Of a stretch of DNA of 64,000 nucleotides, positions 1-12,100 are shown one piece after another. The notes under the pieces were generated by a model. That model searched no databases and was not told where the DNA came from. It was given only the letters and a program-made list of their open reading frames with translations. The position numbers were made by a program, and so were the translations under genes. Numbering within the stretch: position 1 is the first letter of the stretch; every line of letters begins with the position of its first letter. Source of the DNA: Eledone cirrhosa (taxonomy: Eukaryota). The DNA lies in the NCBI GenBank assembly GCA_964016885.1, contig OZ024749.1:15128001-15192000 (forward strand), in the 5' to 3' direction.

Positions 1-486
1 TTAACACTTAACATTTAATATTCTACCATACTATTTCCTTCTAATACCTTTATAAATTTTAAAGGATTGTAAATAAAACGAGTAAATCAGACAAAGTTTG
101 AATTCCTTTTATTAATATAATCTTCTATACACAATCATACACACCCGTGTATATTTATCTATCTATATATATATATATATATATATGGCATAGACATTAC
201 GATACAATGAGAGGAAACATAGTAGTACCAGTGATGATGTCACAGGTATGCGATGAAAGAACTTTGATAGACTATTTATATATTTATATCTATAGTTTTA
301 ATCGTGATATATTTTTAATCAATGATAACCATTGATTACCAAATAAATTAATTATGGAGATATAAAAGATACAGAAGCGAAAAACAATCCAAACCAAACA
401 GTGTGTTCTGTTATTATTTTTGGCAATATTATAACAATATGATCCTCCCCAAATATAAAAACATATATATATATAATCATATATAT

Positions 487-545
487 AGACTTAGTTTCAC
501 AACAAATTAGCAACCCATAGTCAAGCTAATTTGTTGTGGAACTAA
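487..545. repeat. Fold-back hairpin next to (TA)n, probable Penelope-like pLTR remnant
   Basis: tagtttcacaacaaattagc ... gctaatttgttgtggaacta inverted repeat with a 13-nt loop, adjacent to a TA tract. Confidence 0.45.
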
Positions 546-624
546 CTCTACACCGAACTCGTCCTTTGGACTCAGTGCTCTCTCAGCTTTGGATATAACC
601 TCCCACTTTTTTACCACTATATGT

Positions 625-800
625 AAGTGGCTGGGTGGTTAGAGAATTAGATTCACAATCATGAGGTTGTGAATTCGATTCTTGGATTGGGCGATGTGTT
701 ATGGCTTTGAGCAAGACACTTTATTCTGTCTGGATTTGCAGCTATTAGTATTAGCAATTGGAAAGACTAATGAAAACATTGTTTCCTCTGTGTGATTTGA
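625..800 (+). mobile_element. tRNA-derived CORE-type SINE (degenerate)
   Basis: A-box-like GTGGCTGGGTGG, B-box-like ATTCGATTC, then TTGAGCAAGACACTT CORE-like motif; homologous to 45019-45230. Confidence 0.7.
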
Positions 801-871
801 CGTGTTCCACCCCACTCATTAAGCAAGTGAGGTCTGGGATCTTGTCGATCAACTGTTATATACATATATAT

Positions 872-1240
872 ATCATCATCATCATTTTATGTCTGCTTTT
901 CCCTGCTTGCAAGGGTGAGACGGGAACTGATTCTGGCTTGATTTCTACAGCCCTTTCTAACACTAATCTCATTTACAGTGAGCAGTGGGTGCTTTTTTTC
1001 TATGGCACCTACACGTCCACTTTACGGTGTGGGCTGGGTGCTTTTTTGCTGTGGCACCTCCATGACCACTTTGCAGTGGAATGATATGGACCCCAGTCCC
1101 TATCATCTCATTTCTACAGCTGAGTAAACTGGAGCAATGTGAAATAAAGTGTCTTGCTCAAGGACACCACACATCACCCGGTCTGAGAATTGAACTCACA
1201 ACTTTTTGATTGCAAGGCTAATGCTTTAACCATTGGCCTA
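872..1240 (-). mobile_element. Composite SINE: tRNA head + CORE-like body + RTE-derived 3' tail ending in (ATG)n
   Basis: Same architecture at 19357-19742, 38778-39112 and 41712-42092; tail matches the RTE 3' UTR at 53737-54005. Confidence 0.75.
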
Positions 1241-1489
1241 TATCTATATATATATATTATTATATATATAATAATAAAAGGACGATTTGTTATGTTTTCA
1301 TTACACGTTACACTCTCTAGATATATACATATATATGTATATATATATAGAATTACTATTGTGAAGAATAAATAGACAAACTCTAACTATGCAGTTTTCC
1401 GGAGTGGTGTGCAGCTCAGCATATTTTTTTATATACATTTAAATTTCAATATTAGATAATTTATATAGTGTTACGGTGAAACTTCAAAA

Positions 1490-1521
<32 letters not shown>

Positions 1522-1827
1522 GTCCTGATGAAGGGAAATGACCCAGAAACATGTTGATTGTTCCTCGATGCTACTGTTGAATAAATGGATGATGATAGTC
1601 ATCAAAACACAGCATAGCATAGTAAGGCCACTTGCTTGCAACCGAATCGAATATTATTATTATTATTTTCGATAAAACCCATACTTACATTTATGTAATC
1701 TGCTATGCTAGAGTGAAAAATAAAATTCTAATTTTGTTTATATATATATACATATAGGTAGACGCGCTCCATCATCCACTTTTCTAAAAAAATATATCAT
1801 ACACAAAATGCCACCATCAACAGTTTT

Positions 1828-2043
1828 CCAAGAGATGGCAACATGAATGGACCTGTTATTTTTCTCTAAAACATTTTTTCCAATTCCTCCCCACTCGTCC
1901 CTTCAATCTATCTTATTTCTCATTCTTTCTTCTGATGAAGGACTAGCGTCCGTACATTAAGATCCTCTTCCTGCTATTTCTAGCATTAACCTAATATATT
2001 CCTTCCATATACTGTACTGATTGTGTTATTTCTGTTTACCTTT

Positions 2044-2048
<5 letters not shown>
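1828..2048 (+). mobile_element. Short Penelope-like element with degenerate hammerhead
   Basis: Close copy of 50585-50812; CTGATGAA-GGAC-tagc-GTCC present but GAAAC is mutated; ends in (TA)n. Confidence 0.55.
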
Positions 2049-2082
<34 letters not shown>

Positions 2083-2087
<5 letters not shown>

Positions 2088-2219
2088 AACAAGTAAGACC
2101 CCGATGGCTGAGCTCAAGCCGTCGGGGTCTTACTTGTTCCTATTACCCACTCTACTACCCTAAGTATTGAGTAATTTGGTGCGTTATGGTCCACCTGGTT
2201 CCTTACCACATTTCCTTCG

Positions 2220-2222
<3 letters not shown>
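2083..2222. mobile_element. TA-embedded fold-back element, same family as 15007-15201 and 21423-21533
   Basis: ataggaacaagtaagaccccga...tcggggtcttacttgttcctat palindrome plus a shared tail ending ccttcgtta; flanked by (TA)n on both sides. Confidence 0.6.
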
Positions 2223-2252
<30 letters not shown>

Positions 2253-2789
2253 AGGACGCTGTAGTTTTCATTCACCAAATTCCACTCAACAGGTATTGGG
2301 TCAACCCAAGATTATAAATACAACAGAAAACACCCCACAGACAGTGGGACTGAACTTGAAGCCATTTTGTGGTTACAAGGCAAAGTCCTTAACCATCGAG
2401 CTAAGTCTATGCACCTACACAATTGCTTATGCCAACTGTTCAGTACTGATGCCATACACTTCAAGTATAATATTACAGTCGCTGCAAACTGTCTGGATAT
2501 TTCTGCAATCCCCAGCCCACCCTAGCTTAGCCGTGCCCACGCACTGCCCTGAAAAAAAAAAAGAGGGCATTATTTACTTATTCATATATTTGTTTGTCTA
2601 TACATTTGTTTATTTGTCTTTCGAAGTCTGAAAACAAACTTGAAACCTAGGAATGGTAGAAAGTTCATGGTGACCTATTTCAGTGGTGGGTCGGGTCTGG
2701 GTTTAGGGTAAGGACCACATTAATAGTGGAGAAAATGTGCTTTTTACAGAAGAACAAGGCCAGAAAAATTCTTCTTTTTTTGTTGGGTG

Positions 2790-3210
2790 GGATGGTGATG
2801 GAGGTGGTGATAGTATTGGTTGTGGTAATGGAGGTAGTAGAAGTAGTGGTGTTAGTGGTGGTGGTGGTGGTGGTAATGGTGGTGTTAGTGAGCAGAGAGG
2901 TGGAGGTGGCAGTGTTGATGGTGGTGGTGGTGGTGGTAATGGTGTTAGTGGTAGTGACCAGAGGGGTGGAGGTCGCAGTGTTGATGGTGGTGGTAATGGT
3001 GGTGGTAATGGTGGTGTTAGTGAGCAGAGGGGTGGAGGTGGCAGTGGTGGTGGTGGTGTTAGTGGTAGTGGTGGTGGTGGTGGTAATGGTGGTGTTAGTG
3101 AGCAGAGAGGTGGAGGTGGCAGTGTTGATGGTAGTGGTGGTGGTAGTGGTGGTGTTAGTGATAGTGACCAGAGAGGTGGAGGTGGCAATGTTGATGGTGG
3201 TGTTGGTGGA
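2790..3210. repeat. (GGT)n-based low-complexity tandem repeat
   Basis: Recurring ggtgttagtgagcagagaggtggagg units within GGT runs. Confidence 0.85.
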
Positions 3211-3423
3211 AATAGTAAAGCGCAGTCAGTTAACCCCCGTCCACACAGAACTATCTCTGCCACATGGGTCCTTTCAAAAGGATAGATGACCATACACTGC
3301 TCATATATTGCATTTGGACTTGGTTTCAATGGCCCAATGGCCCAATGCCCCCGCTAATGTCAATGACTTTACAGAGAGTACTCGGATTTCTGAGTTCAAA
3401 TGCTGCCAATGTCAGTTTTGCCT

Positions 3424-3747
3424 TTAACCCTTCAGCATTTAAACTCGCTATGTCCAACCAGTAATCTCTCACCTCTTTCTGTTCAAACTGGCTGTAACCG
3501 GCCACTCATACTGATGTTAAGGTATTGTTCTCAACATAAATAATATCAAAATCTTGCAGATTCGATATTATGTGAGGTAAAGCTTTTACCATGAAAATAT
3601 AATTGTTTCTACTTTAGGCACAAGGCCAGCAATTACCCAGTGCATTACTGGTACTTTATTTTATCGACCCCGTAAGGATGAAAGGCAAAGTCAACCTCAT
3701 GAAAATATAATAGTAAATATAGAGTAATGTAAATGCAAAAGGGTTAA
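3424..3747. mobile_element. piggyBac-like MITE (TTAA TSD) containing a truncated SINE and itself inserted in a SINE
   Basis: TTAA|CCCTT...AAGGG|TTAA termini; internal insert flanked by catgaaaatataat at 3590-3603 and 3698-3711. Confidence 0.75.
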
Positions 3748-3874
3748 TCCTTACGGGGTTGATAAAATAAAGTACCAGTCACTTACAGGGGTCAAAGTAC
3801 TTGATGAGAGTTCTTGTCTTTGTTGTAGGCTTTCATCATATTAGATTATCTTGAGCATTGAAACGAGTTACAGA

Positions 3875-3920
<46 letters not shown>

Positions 3921-4174
3921 GGTTGGTGATAGGAAGGGCATCCAGCCATAGAAATCTTGCCAAACAAAGGGTTGGGAGGACTCTCGGTTGTGTCAAAGAC
4001 ATGACAACCTCTTCTGAGCACTCGATGGAATGTGAAACTACATAAACGAGACACAGATCCATGGCTTGCCTGGGAGATCAGTGTTTCTGCTTCAGTATGA
4101 ACCTGTCCAACCCTTGCTTGCAGTGAAAGTGGACATTAAAATGACTGATGATAATAATATATATATGATAATAA

Positions 4175-4355
4175 TGATTTCTGATTTAGGCACAAGACAA
4201 GTAATTTTGGGAGAGGGGAAAAGTCGATTAAATCGACCCAGTGTGTGACTGGTACTTTATTTTATTGGCCCCATAAGGATGAAAGGCAAAACTAACCTCG
4301 GTGGGACTTGAACATATTGTTTGACGCTCTACCGAAACTGCCAATTCACCACCTT
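4175..4355 (-). mobile_element. SINE of a second family (GCCTTTCATCC...AAAGTACCAG domain, Nin/Deu-like)
   Basis: Shared motif also at 3604-3697, 6179-6360, 21178-21350 and 46660-46745; B-box-like GTTCAA. Confidence 0.6.
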
Positions 4356-5160
4356 GTATATATATGATAATTATAATAATAATAATGAGCAGGAATGAAG
4401 TATCTATATGTTTATTCACACATGCCATGCATTTAGTGATCGATCAGCTCAAGTTATGATCGGTAGTGATCAGGCCTGATTCTGGAATTGATAGCTCATC
4501 AGACTTGTGGATTCTAGAATAATCTATATAATAGTCGCCTGAATAAAGGTTTCATATGTGGAAATGCAAATGTATAAACTAAACCAAATGCATGTGGAAT
4601 TGTTAACCAATGGTAGCAACAAAACTGTGTTGAAGATAACTATACTATACTATACTATACTATACTATACTATACTATATATATTCCACACTAGCATAGG
4701 TTAGACAGTTTTGTTCCATTTGACCGTGTCTCGGTCATACAGAAGTGTCTCTGGCAGGTTTTCTATGGCTGGATGCCCTTCCTAACACCAACCACTTTTA
4801 CAGTGTGGACTGGGAGCCTTTTATTGTTCATCGACACAGTGGACGGAAATGGGAGGATGGGGTAAGGTGTATATTGGGTTAAGAGGTGCCTACTGTACAA
4901 CTGCATGGTGCAAAGATCTCAATCCAGTGACATATATGTATGTATAAATGTATGTATATATTAAATTTAAAAAAATTATTAATGCTAGGAATTTATATTT
5001 GAAGTTTTTGTTAACTTTAAATATGTTACCCTTTGTTATTATATGTTCTTACATTCTTTGCAAATTATTTCCTGTTAATGTTTGATATGTTTATTTATAT
5101 GTCAATCATTTTTTTTTTATTTCATAATAAATGCTCAGATTTATTCCTTGGAATCTTTCT

Positions 5161-5387
5161 TTAACCCTTTAGCATTCACATTACTCTATATATACTATTG
5201 TATTTTTGTAGTAAACACTTTATCTTACATAAGTATCTCACATAATATTGAATCTGAGATTTTGATATTATTTATTTTGAGAACAATACATTAACATCAG
5301 TATAAGCGGCCAGTTACAACTGGTTTGAACAGAAATAGGTGAGAGAATTCTGGCCGGATACGACCAGTTTGAATGCTAAAGGGTTAA
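5161..5387. mobile_element. piggyBac-like MITE
   Basis: TIRs ccctttagcattca / tgaatgctaaaggg with TTAA on both sides; reverse-orientation relative of the 3424 and 5984 copies. Confidence 0.8.
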
Positions 5388-5983
5388 GCTTCTACAGGTG
5401 GAATGGCACATGCCTGAGATTTTCTCATATATGACATCTATATATTTGTTATATATATATATATATATACACATATATATACAAGTTGGTTGATCAAATA
5501 ATTTTTCATAACCAGATGTAACTGGACAGCAATGTTAACACCACATTCAACCAGTAACATATCAATGGATGGATAGGAAAACACATCTCAATCCATATGA
5601 AGAAAACATGCTAGGGGCTTATTATATTACCACACTTGCATCTTTGAAATACGTATAATGGAATTATGTAATAAAATGAGGATGTACGAATAAATTATTG
5701 TGTGTGTGTGTGTGTGTGTGTTGACGATGATATTTGAACTCAGAACTTAGAGAGCCAACCAGAAGAAATACTGAGACAGGTGTAATATAATGCTTTAACC
5801 ATTCTGTCAATATAGCTGGCATCTACAAAACTACAATACATATCACATTGAAAAACAATAGCAACAGCAGAAACCACTAACACCTTCCTCAATACCAGCA
5901 CTACAACTATTCTACTACAACCAACACAACTCCCCTGCTCACCACCGCTACCGTCACCACTACTACCACCACCACAACCACTA

Positions 5984-6393
5984 TTAACCCTTTAGTGTTC
6001 AAATCGGCCAGAATTCTCTACCTCTTTCTGTTGAAACTGACTGCAACTGTCACTCAAACTGATGTTAAGGTATTGTTCTCAAAATAAATACTTTCAAAAT
6101 CTCATAGATTCGATATTATGTGAGATAATTATGTGAGGTAAAGCCTTTACCATGAAAATATAATAGTATATATAGAATTGTTTCTACTTTTGGCACAAGG
6201 CCAGCAATTACCCAGTGTATTACTGGTATTTTATTTTATCAACCACGTAAGGATTAAAGGCAAAGTTAACTTCGGCGGGATTTGAACTCAGATCATAAAG
6301 GGCCGTAACTCTTTGCTGCAAAGCAGGGCATCCAATCCTCTACCGATACTGCCAATCCACATATATAGAATAATGTGAATGCTAAAGGGTTAA
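5984..6393. mobile_element. piggyBac-like MITE with nested SINE
   Basis: TTAA-CCCTTTAG...CTAAAGGG-TTAA; SINE 6179-6360 flanked by atatatagaat (6168-6178, 6361-6371). Confidence 0.75.
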
Positions 6394-6985
6394 TACTGCG
6401 ACTGCAATCAACACACCACCCCGTTACCACTACTATCATTACCACCACCACCACGAGAACAACATCGTCCTCCACTAGTACCACCACCACCACCACAAGA
6501 ACAACATCCACCACCAACGCCACCACGAGAATGTCCTCCACCAATACCATCACTACTCCACCCACCACATCCTGAAACAGGAGATCAGTATGTTATAATG
6601 CGAGGACACCGCCATACCCTCTAACTCACTGGTGTTTTCTTCATTGCCAAAGTCAACATCATATTGACTCAAAACATCACATCTGAAACTTCGAAATATT
6701 TACAAACTTAAAGAAATTTCTTTCTTATTTTGTCTTAATTGTTTTTTTTTGTTTTGGTTATATTATTATTGAATGCCATGGTTGACGGAGGCTCGGCTCT
6801 GTAAGGTATAGTAATTTTTAACCGTTAAAACAATTGTAAATTGTTTAAAACTTGAACCAAATTGTTGATAAAGACACCCTCCTCCTCGTGAGAGGGGTCT
6901 TTCTGTCCGTTATTTGGCCCTTCGGGGTTAAATAACCAGTTATTGGGGTTTTGTACCCAAAATTTCATTTTAAACAAAAAACAAC

Positions 6986-9082
6986 ATGGCTACGAAAAAG
7001 AAATTTCATACGTCACTCCCACTCATTCCGTCTTCTTCTTCCTCAATCATCACTACAGCAGAGAGAAGATTGTCTCTCTCCCTCCCTTCTTTAAATGTGT
7101 CTCTCTCCCTCCCTTCTCTTTCGCAAGTGACGAAAGAAAAGAAAAGTCTCGTGCAAAGCGTGCAAGGTTTCTCCACGACGACGACGACAGCGACGAAACA
7201 GGTGTGCGGGAAATACGAAAACCCAGTTCATTCGTCTGACGTCAGGAATAATAGCAGTAGCAGCCGTAATAACAACAGCAACAGTGACAATGAAAACAAC
7301 AGTAGCAGCCGCAACAGCATCACCAGCAGCATAAACAACAACAGCATTAGCAGCAGCAACACCAACAACAACCACAGCAACAGCAGCGGAGGCAGTAGTC
7401 GTAGTACCTGCAGCAACAACAAAAGTACCAGCAGCTCTGACGACAACAACAACAGCAGAGAAAAACCAATCTCATTTGCAGGTATTGCGAAAAACTTGGA
7501 AACAATCCTCATAACAAATGAGGAATTAGAGGAAGCGAAGAAGATGGTGACAAAGAACGGACACCGAGCAATCTGCAAGGCAGCGAAAAATTTTTTCGAA
7601 ACCCAAGAGCACTGTACGGTCACGTACCGTACAGTAAGTACAAAATCCCGTAGGGTGGAAAGAGCCACAGAGGCCCAAATACAAAAAGCCTTGGGGTCTG
7701 TGTGGCAGAGGAAAACGCACATCACCCGAGGCAAAAAATACGCCACCGTAGACGTACTTTTTGCCACACCCCAGGAGGCAAAGGCCCAATCAGTAGTGAC
7801 CCTAAGGAGCGAGGAAATGGTGTTGGTGCCCTCCTACTGCGGGCAAAAAATTGTGAGGGTCAAACTGACCCACGTCCCCCCCGGAATGACCCCTTCTTGG
7901 CTGGCCGCGTCTGTCCTCGTCGGAATCGAGGACAAAACAACTGTACTGCAAGTACAGAAAAAAGTAAGAGAAGATTGGGTCGGCTCCTCCATTGAGATGC
8001 TAATCCAAACCAACCAGGAGTGCATCGAAGCTATCCCGGATGTGATAGACTTCGATAACGGCACTCAACTGCCCATAAGTGTTGAGGGCAAACGCCCGAA
8101 ATGCTTTCGCTGTGGATCGAAGACTCACCTCAGGGCCTTCTGCAACGAGAAGACCCTGAGAAAGGAGAAAACCCCCCTCCTTCCGAATCCGGCTCCACGG
8201 CTACCAGCAACAGGACAAGCGGCAACCAGGAACGATAGGCCCGTGGCACCCATACCCACTCCACGGAAATCAAAAACAGCAGCAGCAGTGGAAATACTAA
8301 CAACAACAACAGCAATACCAAATGCAGCTGCAACAGAGACTCCAGTGCAAACATCACCAACAACAACAAGTGAAAGAGTGGAGTTGGTACCCCTCCCCGA
8401 CCTCACAGAATCAGACATGGAGTGTGAGGTGGGAGAGAGATGGCAAAAGGTCGTAAGAAGGCACAAACGCAGAAGCAGCGCATCGTCGCCTTTGAAAAGG
8501 GAGGAAAGAAATGAGAAAAGGGTAAAGTCTACTGCAAAGAGACCCACAGCAGCAACAACACCAACACCATCACCACCCACACTAGCGCCACCATCACCAC
8601 CGGCGACAACCCCACCGCCAACAACACCTTCAACACCACCACCACAAGCACCAACATCGCAAACACAACAACAAAACACACACACCCAGCAACAACGACA
8701 AGAAAATAGCAGAACCACACCCCACCCCCAGAAAAACAAATGCACGGCAATAAACACACACAACAAGAAACTAATGACTTACATAATTGAACACACAGAC
8801 ATTTCACAACAGGACTACATAATACCAGCACCAATCAAAACGCCAACTAACATAAGACTGCTAAAAATAGCACAGAAACAATACACAAACATTAAAACGA
8901 AATTCCCCAACGCAGTTGGTGATTTCAGGGACCTAGGAGGAACCATTAATCGAAGAGTATATTCAGACATTCTCTTAGAAGAGCCGACGACCAGCCGAAG
9001 GGACGATTCAACGGTCCCTTCACCAGACGATCAAGTGAAAAGGGATGTAAAAACCATCCCTCCTCTACCAAAAATACGGTAA
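6986..9082 (+). CDS. Tx1-like ORF1p (gag-like RNA-binding protein)
   Basis: 698 aa open frame; CCHC knuckle CFRCGSKTHLRAFC, basic WQKVVRRHKRR motif, S/N- and P/T-rich linkers; directly upstream of the EN-RT ORF. Confidence 0.88.
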   Translation: MATKKKFHTSLPLIPSSSSSIITTAERRLSLSLPSLNVSLSLPSLSQVTKEKKSLVQSVQGFSTTTTTATKQVCGKYENPVHSSDVRNNSSSSRNNNSNSDNENNSSSRNSITSSINNNSISSSNTNNNHSNSSGGSSRSTCSNNKSTSSSDDNNNSREKPISFAGIAKNLETILITNEELEEAKKMVTKNGHRAICKAAKNFFETQEHCTVTYRTVSTKSRRVERATEAQIQKALGSVWQRKTHITRGKKYATVDVLFATPQEAKAQSVVTLRSEEMVLVPSYCGQKIVRVKLTHVPPGMTPSWLAASVLVGIEDKTTVLQVQKKVREDWVGSSIEMLIQTNQECIEAIPDVIDFDNGTQLPISVEGKRPKCFRCGSKTHLRAFCNEKTLRKEKTPLLPNPAPRLPATGQAATRNDRPVAPIPTPRKSKTAAAVEILTTTTAIPNAAATETPVQTSPTTTSERVELVPLPDLTESDMECEVGERWQKVVRRHKRRSSASSPLKREERNEKRVKSTAKRPTAATTPTPSPPTLAPPSPPATTPPPTTPSTPPPQAPTSQTQQQNTHTQQQRQENSRTTPHPQKNKCTAINTHNKKLMTYIIEHTDISQQDYIIPAPIKTPTNIRLLKIAQKQYTNIKTKFPNAVGDFRDLGGTINRRVYSDILLEEPTTSRRDDSTVPSPDDQVKRDVKTIPPLPKIR

Positions 9083-9117
9083 GTGGTCTTTCCCATCTTT
9101 TCCACTCTATTTTAAAC

Positions 9118-12100
9118 ATGACCTCACTCAGAATAGGCAGCATAAATGCGCGTGGCTTGGGGTCGTCATGGAAGCAGGGTCACCTGCTCAACGACCTCAG
9201 GTCACTAAACATAGATGTAGTGGCCATCAGCGAGACCAGAATCTCGGAAGCACGGGCCTTCGCACCGATCTTCGGCGGCTACGATGTGTACGCATCTCCC
9301 AGCCGTCCTGGATCCGGTGGAGGAGTTGCTGTACTTTTTCGGAGAGGTTTGGATCTCGCCATACGGGCCATCTTCCTGGACCCAGAGGGTAAGCTGGTGG
9401 TGCTGGACGTGACCAGCGGAGACGGGCAAGCTTTCAGGCTAGTGGCCGTCTATGCCCCGACAGGAGCAGGGCGGCCTGATTTCTTCCGGCGTCTGGAGAC
9501 CTTTCTTGGAACGTCCCGCTCTTTAGTGTTAGTGGGCGACTGGAACGGGATCTTAGATGCACGCTGGGACTGTGTGGGATTAGCGGATAGGGGTGGAGGG
9601 TGCAAGAGCCTCACCAACCTGCTCAGGCGTTTTGAACTGTCTGACAGGTACCGATTGGATTTCCCGAATGTGCCAATGTGGACTTGGACAAACCGCATAG
9701 GGTCATCCAGATCATATCTAGATAGAGTATTTTGTAGGGAAATAGATAGGTCTAGCATAGGCTGTCCACAATTCAAGATAGTCAGCTACACGGACCACAA
9801 ATTCGTGACCTGTGTGCTTGACTTAGATAGGCTTCATAGACGAGGACCCGGCTACTGGAAGCTAAACGCGTCCTTACCAGCGCGCAAGGCCTACAGAGAC
9901 CGGATTAGCGAACTAGTTAAGCGGGCGTTGACGGGGGCCATCGTCAACAACAAGTGGTGGTTTGCTCTGAAAAGAGCGATTAGAATAGAATCGATTAGGT
10001 TTAGTAAGGCTTTAGCAATAGAGAAAAATAGAGCAGAGGGAGAACTAGTTAGAAAATTAGACGAGGCGCTTAGCAAAGGCATTGCGACCGACGTGCTTGC
10101 GGCGAAATTGGCCCTTGACCAATTCTTCAATGCAAAGCACGAAGGCTGCGTTGTCAGAGCTAGGGTGCGTGCTCTCAGACACGAGGGGACGAAAGCCGTT
10201 CAATGGGCCCGAGTGGCGGAGGCGCGTCGTGGCAACAAAGCCACGATCCGGTCTTTGGTGGACCACGACGGGCGCATGCTACTCGATCCCGGGCAAATGT
10301 GTGAAGCTTTTCAGCGACACTTCGCTCAGCTGTTCGGGGGCAGCGGGGGGCCGGGTAGAGGGATGGACTTTAGTGTCTACCTCGACGGGCTGCCGCGGCT
10401 CTCGGCCACTGAGGCGAGGTGTTGCGAAAAGCCGATAACAGCCGCTGAAGTACGGGAGGCAATGACTGGCTGCACAAGGGGTAAATCGCCTGGTTTGGAT
10501 GGTCTGCCCTATGAACTTTACGTACAGATGCCAGACTTGTTCGGAGGCCTCTTGGCGGACGTCTACTGCAACTGGCAACAGAACGGGAGAATTCCCAGTT
10601 CTGTGAGCCGAGGAGCGGTGGCACTGCTGAGAAAGGATCCGAACAAGGGGGATAACATAGACAATTTCCGGCCCATAACTCTGCTAAACACAGAGTTTAA
10701 GATTTTGGCCAAGGTGCTAGCAAAGAGGTTGGCGCTTGTCGTTGGTGGTCTGGTGGGAGAGGCGCAGACATGCGCCATTCCCGACAGATCCATCCACGAC
10801 AACCTCCACCTCATGCGATACATCGTAGAGAGGGTAGCTAGGGAACCTGGCACGGGTGGGTCCTTGATCAATTTAGATCAGTCGAAAGCTTTCGATAGGG
10901 TCGACCATCGTTACCTAGCGGCAGTCCTGAGGGCGGCTGGCTTTGGGCCCGTCTTCAGAGGCTGGATCGCTGCCATGCACAGCGACATCTGCTCTGTGGT
11001 GAGAGTGAACGGTCACCTGTCGGAACCGTTCAACATCATGCGCTCGGTCCGCCAAGGATGTCCCCTCTCGTCCCTCTTGTACGTATTGACTCTCGAGCCA
11101 TTACTGCACAAACTGGAGACGTTGAGGGGAGTCCCGCGCGAACTAGGATGCGGAAGATCCGTGTCAGCATATGCGGACGATGTCACCGTAGTGGTGTCGA
11201 ACGCCAAACACATCGAGGCGATCGGCACTACACTAAGAGAATACGAAGCGGTGACAGGAGCAATGATCAACCAGGAAAAGTCAGTGGGCCTGCAGCTCGG
11301 CACCTGGAGAGGCAGGTCCATGCCGTCCAACAGCGTCGTCGGGCGCTGGACGGACGGACCGGTTAAATTGCTAGGGGTCTGGTTCGGTCCGGACCTCCAG
11401 ACGGACAAAAACTGGGACGAGGTGACGAGCAGGGTGGCTTCTCTCACCCAGAAATGGGCGGAGAGGAAGCTATCCCTGAAAGGTCGAGCGGAGGTGGCTA
11501 ACGCGTACATCGCGTCTGTCATCTGCTACCGCCTAACCGTCGTACCTTGTCCTAAGCCTCGCCTGACTGCGCTGGAGCGTTTGCTCTTTCGCTTTTTGTG
11601 GAAGGGACGTGCTCCGATGGTCAGGCGGTCCATCTGTTGTCAACACCCGCTACGTGGAGGGCTGGGCATGCCGTGGCTGATGATGCGCAGGCACGCGCTC
11701 AGGCTACGACATCTCCACCTCTTCCTCGACGGTGATCAGGTGTGGTCGCCGTTTGCTAGACGCGTTTTTCCCCAGCTCGTTTCCTTGACGGAGCTGCAGT
11801 CCTGGGTCAAGCGAAGACCGAGAGGGAGCGCCTGGAGACTGGAATGTCTTCAGGCGCTCACAGCCCTCGACCAATCGGGCAATGTGATCGGTGGAAACTC
11901 CACCTCGGCGTTCTATAGAGGATTAGTGGAGGGGAAGAGCGACGACGTACTTGGGGAAACTCTAGGCGTCGACGAAAATCAACTAGCCAATCTCTTCGGA
12001 AGAACCTTCGGGCCAGGGCCTATGGACAACTTCCAGAAATCTCTGGCCTGGCAGTGCTACCGAGGAGCCTTGCCAGTTCGGGATAAACTCTACAGGCATG

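Noticed and set aside
4405-4510. Further hammerhead candidates on the minus strand (also about 20282-20335 and 20640-20690)
   Set aside because: Only half of the catalytic core is intact and the stems are incomplete
6871-6960. HDV-like ribozyme at the Tx1 5' end
   Set aside because: L3-like CTCCTCGT is present, but no P1/P2/P1.1 pseudoknot could be assembled; a simple hairpin explains it
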